From positions 1 to 52,764 of IMG/VR virus record IMGVR_UViG_3300032288_004603: DNA of 52,764 bases, one strand, 5' to 3'. This DNA is from a virus. Its lineage: Duplodnaviria > Caudoviricetes. Of this stretch, positions 44,763 through 52,764 are shown piece after piece. Made by a program: the position numbers and the translations under genes. The notes under the pieces are model-generated. The model saw only the letters and a list, made by a program, of their open reading frames with translations, was not told the origin of the DNA and searched no databases. The first letter of the stretch is position 1; the number at the start of each line of letters is the position of its first letter.

Positions 44763-45104
44763 ATGTCAAAGAAGATTATAATTACCGAATCACAATATAA
44801 TAAATTATTATCATTTATTAATGAAGGTGATTTTCACATTATTTTAAATGATATTCTTGATGATTTGAATAAAAATTATGAACCTGTTAAAGCAGTTGTA
44901 AAAGATTACCATGACTATAATGAAGAACCAAGAATTAAAGTTATGGTTGATGATAGTGTAATTAGTGATTTAGATTTATTAAATTATATGAAATATAAGT
45001 ATCACGCTGTCTGTGGTGAAAATTTTTTAAAACAAGTTATTGATGATTGGTACCACGGTAGGATAAAGGATGGTATGTTATCTAAAAATATAACATTAAA
45101 GTAA
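44763..45104 (+). CDS. hypothetical protein with IITESQ N-terminal motif
   Basis: ATATTTAT immediately upstream. Confidence 0.8.
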   Translation: MSKKIIITESQYNKLLSFINEGDFHIILNDILDDLNKNYEPVKAVVKDYHDYNEEPRIKVMVDDSVISDLDLLNYMKYKYHAVCGENFLKQVIDDWYHGRIKDGMLSKNITLK

Positions 45105-45114
45105 TCACGATGTA

Positions 45115-45438
45115 GTGAATATAAAAGCTAAAATAAGGCAAAAGTTAATAGAGGTTTATGGTGAACCGTTTAACACTTATTTAGAACATGAATATGAAAA
45201 AAAAATCACAGAAAATTTAATAAATGGTGATTTAAAATCAAAGAAAGAATGGGTCACTTATAATCAAGTAATTTTAGAGTTAAAACATAATATAAAAGAC
45301 GCTTTAAAAGTCAAAGAATTACAATATAAACTAACTGATAATCAACCACCTAGTAAAGCTTGTATAGAAGTTATTAAAGAAGTTAAAGTATTAAGTCCCG
45401 AATTATTCAGGTTGTATGAAAAAATAATAAATTTTTAA
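45115..45438 (+). CDS. hypothetical protein (paralog of 45518-45856)
   Basis: W..YN..I.EL...E.QY..TD...P motif shared. Confidence 0.75.
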   Translation: MNIKAKIRQKLIEVYGEPFNTYLEHEYEKKITENLINGDLKSKKEWVTYNQVILELKHNIKDALKVKELQYKLTDNQPPSKACIEVIKEVKVLSPELFRLYEKIINF

Positions 45439-45517
45439 CTTTAAAATATACCAAAAAGTTGTAACTTATGGTGATTGAATGATATTTATGAGTATATAAC
45501 ATGACTAAAAATATCGT

Positions 45518-45856
45518 GTGATGGAAGAGTTTAATTTAAACATTAAAAGCGGCTCTGGTAGATTAAAAAAACTAGATAAGTTATACAGAGATTTCGTTAA
45601 AGATTCCCTTAATAAATTTGATGAGGATAGTGTTGCCAGATGGGAAGTTTACAATGCAATAATAAGTGAATTACATGGGCTTGGTGAATACAAATTATTC
45701 CAAGAAATACAATATAGGTTTACAGATGGGGAAAACCCAAACTTAGTTATGATAGATATTGCTAATAGACTATCTGATGATAATTATTTAATATGGTTAA
45801 TGAAACCAAATTTATTATCATTCATAGAAGAAGATTTTAAAAAAGAACTAACTTAA
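45518..45856 (+). CDS. hypothetical protein (paralog of 45115-45438)
   Basis: Shared motif; ATATTTAT upstream. Confidence 0.75.
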   Translation: MMEEFNLNIKSGSGRLKKLDKLYRDFVKDSLNKFDEDSVARWEVYNAIISELHGLGEYKLFQEIQYRFTDGENPNLVMIDIANRLSDDNYLIWLMKPNLLSFIEEDFKKELT

Positions 45857-45906
45857 ATAGTTGTTTTTTTTATTTTTATTTCATAACTTTGATAAAATTA
45901 ATAATT

Positions 45907-47298
45907 GTGGCGTTAAATATAACCGAGCGTTTAAAATTTCTATTAACCAAATTTAATGTTTTTGATGAGACTTTTTTATTGTCAAAAACAAAGAAACTGG
46001 AAGGTGATGGGTATGATGTATCAAGGATATTATCACATGATGATGATTGTTTGGCCATTGTTTCAAAAAAGGAAGAAAATGGTAAATTAAGGACTGAGAT
46101 TAATATCTCTAAAACTGTGTTTGATTTAATGGTTGACTCTGACCCAGCACCAAATAAAATGTATACACAATGGATGCTAACCACATTTAATAGGATGTTA
46201 AAGGAAGATAATTACACAAACGCCATTAGATTCGCATCTGAGGATTTACCATTAGCTAGTAATTATTTGATTATTTTTGAATCTAATAAACGAAAACAAA
46301 AATTTAAAGAATTATGTGCTAGTAGTTTTATATTAAAAGATATTAATGACCCAACAGATATAAATCAATATAAATCATTAAGTCAATTATTTGATGCTGT
46401 TGACCCATTTATCGTTAAAGATTCATCTGAAATTGAAAGTCTATTATATAGATTTGTTGATTCAAAACAAGCTGAGATTGGTGTTAGGGATAGGAAATTT
46501 ACAGTTTATATACCTTTAACTAGGGATGCGAGTGTTGTATTTGATTCATTTGCTAACTGGTGCACATGTAAAGAAGGTAATGGTATGTTTCAACATTATA
46601 CCACAAATTATAAAACACCAATTGGTAGGAAATCAAAAATTTATATAATTATAAATAACGAATTTTTTAATGGTGTTATTAATGATGATACATTATTTCA
46701 AATTCATTTTGAATCAAACCAAATAAAGAATAGGAAAAATACCCATTCAAATGTTAGTATTTATGATTCATTATCATCAAGTGAAAATGTGTTAAATTTT
46801 TTCCACGATGAATTAATTAATTTATCTAAAGAGTTTAGAAATTTAAATAAAAACTTATATTTGGATAACTTAATAAAATTTGGATTTAGTGATAGTTTAT
46901 TTGAAGTTATTGAAGAAACTACACCGATGATAATATTTAAAGATAAAGAAGTACCAAAAATGGGAGATTTGACTAGATTTAATAATTTACAAACTTTTGA
47001 GATGAATAATACTAAGTTAATTAATATTCACCCATCAGTGTGTAATTTAAATAATTTAGAGGTTATGGTGTTAAGGGATAACAGAATAACCACCTTACCA
47101 AATGAAATTGGTAATTTAAAAAATTTAATATTTATGAATATTTTGGGTAATAAAATTGTTGATATACCTGAGACTATTAAATATCTGGATAAATCGAACG
47201 GGGGAAATCTTCATAGATTGGCGGTTAGTCAAAAAGATATTGGGGAAGATAATTATAAAAAATTGAAAAGGTTGTTACCAAATACAATTTTAAATTAA
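45907..47298 (+). CDS. leucine-rich-repeat protein
   Basis: C-terminal LxxLxxLxLxxNxIxxLPxEIGxLxxL repeats; N-terminal DINQYKSL and NWCT motifs; start uncertain (GTG 45907). Confidence 0.8.
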   Translation: MALNITERLKFLLTKFNVFDETFLLSKTKKLEGDGYDVSRILSHDDDCLAIVSKKEENGKLRTEINISKTVFDLMVDSDPAPNKMYTQWMLTTFNRMLKEDNYTNAIRFASEDLPLASNYLIIFESNKRKQKFKELCASSFILKDINDPTDINQYKSLSQLFDAVDPFIVKDSSEIESLLYRFVDSKQAEIGVRDRKFTVYIPLTRDASVVFDSFANWCTCKEGNGMFQHYTTNYKTPIGRKSKIYIIINNEFFNGVINDDTLFQIHFESNQIKNRKNTHSNVSIYDSLSSSENVLNFFHDELINLSKEFRNLNKNLYLDNLIKFGFSDSLFEVIEETTPMIIFKDKEVPKMGDLTRFNNLQTFEMNNTKLINIHPSVCNLNNLEVMVLRDNRITTLPNEIGNLKNLIFMNILGNKIVDIPETIKYLDKSNGGNLHRLAVSQKDIGEDNYKKLKRLLPNTILN

Positions 47299-47350
47299 AC
47301 CCCCAAAAACTTGGGGGTTTTTTTATAACAAAAAAATTAAAATTAAGATT

Positions 47351-47875
47351 ATGAAATGGAAACGGGTTTCAAAGGGTTACATTGATGAACCACTTATAGA
47401 ATATTTAGAAAAAATATTTGATGAAGAAATGGCAAATGGCCATGAAATTAAAGTATGTATAGGTACTGATTCAAAAAGACGTGGTGGTGGTTATCAATTT
47501 GCTACAGCAATTGTTATTGCTTTAAGTGAGTGTGTTGGTAAAGATAAATTTGGTAGAGATACTTACAAAGGTAAAGGTGGTATTTTACTTGGTGCAGCAT
47601 ATTTTGACGGTACCCAAGTTAAAGGTAAAGCTGGTGTTAAAGAAAGAATGATTAAAGAAGTATCAAAAACAATTGAAGTTGCTTGTGAAATATCACCATT
47701 ATTAGATTTATATGATATAAAACTAGAAATACATGCTGATATTAACCCAGATATTAAATTTGACTCAAACAAGGCTTTAAATGAAGCTGTTGGCTATATG
47801 CTTGGTATGGGTTATGATTTTAAGTTAAAACCAGATGCCTGGGCTGCTAGTAAAGGTGCCGATAGATTATGTTAA
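47351..47875 (+). CDS. RNase H-like YkuK (DUF458) family protein
   Basis: IGTDS, EIHADIN and KPDAWAAS..AD motifs. Confidence 0.8.
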   Translation: MKWKRVSKGYIDEPLIEYLEKIFDEEMANGHEIKVCIGTDSKRRGGGYQFATAIVIALSECVGKDKFGRDTYKGKGGILLGAAYFDGTQVKGKAGVKERMIKEVSKTIEVACEISPLLDLYDIKLEIHADINPDIKFDSNKALNEAVGYMLGMGYDFKLKPDAWAASKGADRLC

Positions 47876-47961
47876 TTTTTTTTGATATTTTTTGGTTTTT
47901 ACCAAAAAAAGACATATTTATAAAATACCAGAGTAATAAAAATTTTTATAAACTTTAAGAC

Positions 47962-48162
47962 ATGTCAAATACAGCAAAAAAAACAGTTAAAATTACAGAA
48001 TCAGCATTAGTTGATTTAATTGATAACATCGTAAAAGAAGCAGTTGAAAAACAAAAAGTTCAGTGGATTGCGGAACAAGAAGCAAAAAAAGCTAGTTTGT
48101 TAGAATCTAAAATCGCTAAACTAGAAAGAACAATTGCTGAAATATCAAAAGTTAGTAGATAA
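47962..48162 (+). CDS. small coiled-coil protein with ITES/LLES motifs
   Basis: ATATTTAT upstream. Confidence 0.75.
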   Translation: MSNTAKKTVKITESALVDLIDNIVKEAVEKQKVQWIAEQEAKKASLLESKIAKLERTIAEISKVSR

Positions 48163-48230
48163 TATTTAATTTAATTTATTAAAATAAGCTGTGGGTAATA
48201 ATATCCACGGCTATTTTATTGCCATATAAT

Positions 48231-48617
48231 TTAGATATTTAACAGTTTGTTTCTTAATAAATTCTTTATAATTTTTTTAGACTCTGATAATTGGTTTATT
48301 TTAGGCCATCTAATCATAGTATCCATATATTCATAACTCTTATGAACACCTTTATTCATTTTAAAACCAAATCTTTTATAGAATTGAACTAATCTGTTTT
48401 TATTGCCACCAAAATCACCAGAAGGTGTTAATGTGATAATTTTTTTATTTTTGTCAGCGTAATTAATTAAGTCATTCATTATATCAGTACCGACACCACC
48501 ACCCCTAAATTCAGGATTAATTATAATTCTAGACAATTTTAAGCTTTTACCATCTTCATAAATGTCCAAACCGATTAATTCATCTTTATATTTATCTTCT
48601 AAAGTTTTTTCAATCAT
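48231..48617 (-). CDS. GNAT acetyltransferase
   Basis: INPEFRGGGVGT motif A, FYKRFGF; ATATTTAT upstream. Confidence 0.85.
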   Translation of the reverse strand: MIEKTLEDKYKDELIGLDIYEDGKSLKLSRIIINPEFRGGGVGTDIMNDLINYADKNKKIITLTPSGDFGGNKNRLVQFYKRFGFKMNKGVHKSYEYMDTMIRWPKINQLSESKKIIKNLLRNKLLNI

Positions 48618-48657
48618 ATTAATAAATATAAAAAAACCCACTAATGTGGGTTTTATT

Positions 48658-51177
48658 TTATTTTGATTTTTCGCTTTTTAAAACTATTTCATTTTTTGTT
48701 TTATCAAATGTGACATTTATAGTTTCACCTTCTTTTATATTACCACTTAATATTTCATCCGCAATTGGGTCTTCAATGTATCTTTGAATTGCTCTATTTA
48801 ATGGTCTGGCACCGTATGCTTCATCATATCCATTTTTTGCAACGTATTCAATCGCAGATTTTTGTATTTTCATATCATAACCCATTTCTTTAACTCTATC
48901 TTTTAATTTATCAAGTTCATTGTAGATTATTTTATGTATATCTTCTTCTTTTAAACTATTAAACACAATAATTTCATCAATTCGGTTTAAGAATTCTGGT
49001 TTAAATTTCTTTTTAAGTGCTTTTTCAATTATTGACCTTGTTCTTTCTTCTTCATTGGCGATTACAGCATCAGTTTGGAATCCCATTGATTTACCAAAAC
49101 TACTTAATTCTTTAGCACCAACATTAGATGTTAGGATTATTAATGAATTTTTAAAGTTTATTTTTCTACCAAAACTATCAGTCAATTGCCCCTCATCTAA
49201 AACTTGTAATAATATATTAAATACATCATCATGGGCTTTTTCAATTTCATCAAATAATACAACTGAATATGGTTTTCTTCTAATTTTTTCAGTTAATTGA
49301 CCACCTTGTTCAAAACCAACGTAACCTGGAGGGGAACCAATTAATTTTGATACTGAATGTTTTTCCATAAATTCACTCATATCAACTCTAATAAGTGATT
49401 CTGAATCACCAAATATTTCATCAGTTAATAATTTAGTTAAATGCGTTTTACCAACACCAGTTGGTCCTAAGAATATAAACGAACCAATTGGTTTATTTCT
49501 GTTTCTTATACCAAGTCTATTTCTTTTGATTGCTTTAATAACTTTTAACACAGCATCATCTTGACCAATAACTTTACCCATTAAGGTTTTGTCCATAGCC
49601 ATTAATCTTTTGTTTTCTTGTGATGAAATTTTACTTAGTGGGATACCAGTCATCATAGATACTGTTTCAGCAATTAAATCAACATCAACTGTAGTTTTCT
49701 TTTTATCTAATGAATCTAACCAATTTTTTTTAGCTTTATCAAGTTCTTCATTTAATTTTCTTTCTTCATCTCTTAATTCAGCAGCTTCTTCATATTTTTG
49801 TTTTTGGACAACTTCTAATTTTCGTTTAAGAATTTCTTCTTTTTTAAGTTCCAATTTTTTTATGTTTTCTGGTAATTCGTGTGATGTGTTTGTGCTAGCA
49901 CCAGCTTCATCTAATACATCAATAGCCTTATCTGGCATTGCTCTATCAGTTATATATCTGTCAGCCATTTTAACACATTCTTCGATTGCTTCATCAGTAT
50001 AACTAACTCTATGATATTTTTCATATTTTTCTTTAATATTATTTAATATCATTTTTGTTTCTTCAGATGTGGTTGCTTCAACTAATACTTGTTGGAATCT
50101 TCTGGTTAAAGCACCATCTTTTTCAATATGCTCTCTAAATTCATCTAATGTTGTTGCACCGATTACTTGTATTTCACCTCTAGCTAATGCTGGTTTAAAT
50201 ATATTTGATGCATCTAATGAACCAGAAGCATTACCAGCACCAATAAACGTATGTAATTCATCAATGAATAAAATAATATCAGTATTCGCTTTTAATTCAT
50301 CCAATATTGCTTTTATTCTTTCTTCAAATTGACCTCTATATTTGGTACCAGCAACAACTGATGCCAAATCCAATGAATATATTTTTTTATCTATTAAAGT
50401 TCTTGGTGCTGAACCACTTTTTATTAATAAAGCAATACCTTCAGCAATACTACTTTTACCAACACCAGCTTCACCTATTAATACTGGGTTGTTCTTTTTT
50501 CTTCTAGATAAAATCTGAACAACTCTTTTTATTTCTTTTGACCTACCAATAACTGGGTCAATTTTATTTTCATCAACTAATTTAGTTATATCTGTGCAAA
50601 AATTATCTAATACTGGTGTTTTGCTCGGTGTGTTTCTTTTTGATTTTTTATCTTTTTTATCTTCACCTGGTCCAGAATAATCAAAATCATCATCCTCTGA
50701 TGAATTTTTAACTTGGTCTAACATATCTCTCATATTTTTTACCGTTTTAACAAACTTTTCGTAAGTAAGATTATATTCTTTATTTAAAAGTTTTTTTATT
50801 GTTATTTTATTATTACTATTTAAGATAGCCATCATTATATGTGTGGTATCAATATGGTTATCACCCATATTTTCTGACTCATGGTCAACCGAATTAAATA
50901 ATTTTCTACTTTCTTTACTAAATGGTACACTTACTTTGGTACCTTTTTGTAATTTTGGTATTAAATCAGTGTTATTTAAAGACAAATAAAGATTATCATT
51001 TAATTCACTAAGATTTACACCTAAATTTTTAAGTGCATCAGTACACCCATTATTATTGTCCGCTATTATTGATATTATTAAATGCTCTGGTTTAACCTGA
51101 GCATCACCCATTTCTCTAGCTTCTTTAACCGCCTCACCAATTATAATCTTAAGTTTTGGTATGATTTCTCTATTCAT
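48658..51177 (-). CDS. clpC: ATP-dependent Clp protease ATP-binding subunit ClpC
   Basis: Clp-N domain, GEAGVGKS and GPTGVGKT Walker A motifs, UVR-like middle (YEEAAELRD), MGF ClpP-docking loop. Confidence 0.95.
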   Translation of the reverse strand: MNREIIPKLKIIIGEAVKEAREMGDAQVKPEHLIISIIADNNNGCTDALKNLGVNLSELNDNLYLSLNNTDLIPKLQKGTKVSVPFSKESRKLFNSVDHESENMGDNHIDTTHIMMAILNSNNKITIKKLLNKEYNLTYEKFVKTVKNMRDMLDQVKNSSEDDDFDYSGPGEDKKDKKSKRNTPSKTPVLDNFCTDITKLVDENKIDPVIGRSKEIKRVVQILSRRKKNNPVLIGEAGVGKSSIAEGIALLIKSGSAPRTLIDKKIYSLDLASVVAGTKYRGQFEERIKAILDELKANTDIILFIDELHTFIGAGNASGSLDASNIFKPALARGEIQVIGATTLDEFREHIEKDGALTRRFQQVLVEATTSEETKMILNNIKEKYEKYHRVSYTDEAIEECVKMADRYITDRAMPDKAIDVLDEAGASTNTSHELPENIKKLELKKEEILKRKLEVVQKQKYEEAAELRDEERKLNEELDKAKKNWLDSLDKKKTTVDVDLIAETVSMMTGIPLSKISSQENKRLMAMDKTLMGKVIGQDDAVLKVIKAIKRNRLGIRNRNKPIGSFIFLGPTGVGKTHLTKLLTDEIFGDSESLIRVDMSEFMEKHSVSKLIGSPPGYVGFEQGGQLTEKIRRKPYSVVLFDEIEKAHDDVFNILLQVLDEGQLTDSFGRKINFKNSLIILTSNVGAKELSSFGKSMGFQTDAVIANEEERTRSIIEKALKKKFKPEFLNRIDEIIVFNSLKEEDIHKIIYNELDKLKDRVKEMGYDMKIQKSAIEYVAKNGYDEAYGARPLNRAIQRYIEDPIADEILSGNIKEGETINVTFDKTKNEIVLKSEKSK

Positions 51178-51285
51178 CGTTAATTATTTTTTTTAGTAAA
51201 ATTAGTTATTTTTTTTTAAAAATCAACAGTTGTTTTTTTCAATAAATATTAATATATTTGCATTGAATGTAAATAAAAAAATAAT

Positions 51286-51489
51286 ATGACTAATAATTTA
51301 CCCTTATTTAAGAAAATAGAAATAACCAAAAAAAATGGTTCTATATTATCTATAAGTGATGCAAGTATTTTATTAACTGGTAATTTTTTAATTATTATTA
51401 AAAAAGATTATTCTAATACAAATTATTTAAATTATGAGCAACATGATGTTTATAATTTAAATGATATTAAATATTATAAAGTTAAATAA
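51286..51489 (+). CDS. hypothetical protein
   Basis: ATG after TATATTTG promoter. Confidence 0.7.
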   Translation: MTNNLPLFKKIEITKKNGSILSISDASILLTGNFLIIIKKDYSNTNYLNYEQHDVYNLNDIKYYKVK

Positions 51490-51490
51490 T

Positions 51491-51688
51491 ATGGCAAAAA
51501 TAGTTAGAGAAATTGAGATTTCAATTGATGAAATTATGGAATTAATCAGAGCCAAATACGGTGATAATATAAAGGAAGAGAATTTTGAATCTAACCCCTA
51601 TTTAGAAATTGGTGAAACTGGTGATTATGATAGGGGTGACTGGTCTAGAACATTAAAATCAATAACCTTTTATATAAGGGAACAGTAA
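51491..51688 (+). CDS. hypothetical protein
   Basis: ATG 1 nt after upstream stop. Confidence 0.7.
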   Translation: MAKIVREIEISIDEIMELIRAKYGDNIKEENFESNPYLEIGETGDYDRGDWSRTLKSITFYIREQ

Positions 51689-51700
51689 AACAAATAAATT

Positions 51701-52135
51701 ATGTTATTAAAAAGAGTAGAAAAAGAAAGTATGGTTAAGGCGATTTATGATTCGTCAAATATTTTGGCATCAAAATATGATAAAAAAACTAAAGATTTAA
51801 CAATAACATTTAAGCGTGGGGCTCAATATAAATATGTTGGTGTATCAGCTTCTGATTATTTGCGTTTTGAAACGGCAGAAAGTCAAGGTGCTATTTTAAA
51901 TTCACATATTAAACCATATTCATTTGAAAAGTGTGATGCAATTGATGCTAACGTTATTGTTGAGGAAATCAACAAGTTAAAAAATGAAGAAGTTATTAAA
52001 CGACAAGAATCAATAATAGCTGATATGGAAAGAATTGTTTCAGATTTTGACCAAAACCAAACATTTAATGAGGTTACTTTGATGGTACTTGCTAAAAGAA
52101 TAACTAATTATTTTAATCCAGTTGTAAATGAATAG
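51701..52135 (+). CDS. KTSC domain protein
   Basis: SSNI...YD....L.I.FK.G..Y.Y.GV....Y..F..AES.G. Confidence 0.85.
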   Translation: MLLKRVEKESMVKAIYDSSNILASKYDKKTKDLTITFKRGAQYKYVGVSASDYLRFETAESQGAILNSHIKPYSFEKCDAIDANVIVEEINKLKNEEVIKRQESIIADMERIVSDFDQNQTFNEVTLMVLAKRITNYFNPVVNE

Positions 52136-52764
52136 TTTAGATAAACAATATCAAACATTACTTCAAACAATTTTGGATTTTGGTGTTGAAAAAAAAGATA
52201 GGACTGGTACTGGAACCAAATCGATTTTTGGTTATACAATTCGTCATAAAATGAGTGAGGGATTTCCATTACTTACAACAAAGAAGATGGCATTCAAGAC
52301 GATGGTGACGGAATTACTGTGGTTCCTACGAGGTGATACCAACATTAAATTCCTTGTTGATAATAATTGTCATATTTGGGATGGTGATGCGTATAAGAAT
52401 TATTTGAAAGAGCACTTACCTGAGAATGGAACCTTAACTATGGAAGAGTTCATTGAGTTAATAAAGCAAAATGAAAAACCTGAGTATCACGAACTTGGAG
52501 ATTTAGGTCCAATTTATGGCAAACAATGGAGAAGTTGGGGCAGAAAGAATGTGGTAAATTATGATTTAGAAAATGTAAAATGGTCAGACAAGGATAAGGT
52601 TATGGAACTAATTAAAAATGGTGGAGATTATAGTAAGTATGATGTTAAAGTAACATACCAAAATAATTCAATAGACCAAATCCAAAACCTAATCAACGAA
52701 CTAAAAACAAATCCTGATAGTAGAAGATTAATGGTTAGTGCTTGGAATGTAGGTGAATTAGACC
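52128..52764 (+). CDS. thyA: thymidylate synthase (5' part, truncated by window end)
   Basis: DRTGTGT, FPLLTTKK, ELLWFLRG, LGPIYGKQWR and NPDSRRLMVSAWN motifs; absent from the ORF track because there is no stop. Confidence 0.95.
   Translation, partial: MNSLDKQYQTLLQTILDFGVEKKDRTGTGTKSIFGYTIRHKMSEGFPLLTTKKMAFKTMVTELLWFLRGDTNIKFLVDNNCHIWDGDAYKNYLKEHLPENGTLTMEEFIELIKQNEKPEYHELGDLGPIYGKQWRSWGRKNVVNYDLENVKWSDKDKVMELIKNGGDYSKYDVKVTYQNNSIDQIQNLINELKTNPDSRRLMVSAWNVGELD

Noticed and set aside
379-50507. Numerous overlapping antisense or alternate-frame ORFs in the track (e.g. 4672-5019, 7784-8185, 49589-50002)
   Set aside because: Shadow ORFs of better supported genes, with no promoter, leader or recognisable motif.
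1-52764. Stop-codon reassignment (TAG/TGA) as in some Bacteroidota phages
   Set aside because: Long conserved genes (nadV, clpC, prs, thyA part) are uninterrupted in code 11, and no suppressor tRNA is seen.

Overview
AT-rich segment of a large (jumbo-type) dsDNA phage whose host is most likely in the Bacteroidota. Evidence: Bacteroidota-type TTTG/TAnnTTTG promoters, no Shine-Dalgarno sites, standard genetic code, and phage-type tRNAs and genes. Two parts. (1) About 3.7-32.8 kb is an early/accessory array of about 65 small genes, almost each preceded by its own copy of a conserved promoter-leader repeat (TTTGG-N~17-TAYCTTTGTATTGTCTAATTA(TTA)AAAC). It also holds three tRNAs, an HNH gene, and several non-coding elements not explained by the ORFs: nine dispersed, individually promoted copies of a covarying structured small RNA (GGG-hairpin-NAGAGUAGACUCCRAC), anti-leader sequences placed just before terminators, tRNA-linked structured RNAs, and six oriented GTACAC-N4-GTGTATAT sites. 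(2) After a G/C-tract boundary at about 33 kb lies a core region with a NARP1-like NAD+ reconstitution locus (Prs-like + NAMPT-like, plus an NDT-like gene and a leftover NAMPT start), PcfJ, thioredoxin, an LRR protein, YkuK, GNAT, ClpC, KTSC and a partial ThyA. Many core genes share an upstream ATATTTAT motif and terminal L/I-x-E motifs. Family assignments come from motif recognition only; no searches or folding programs were run.
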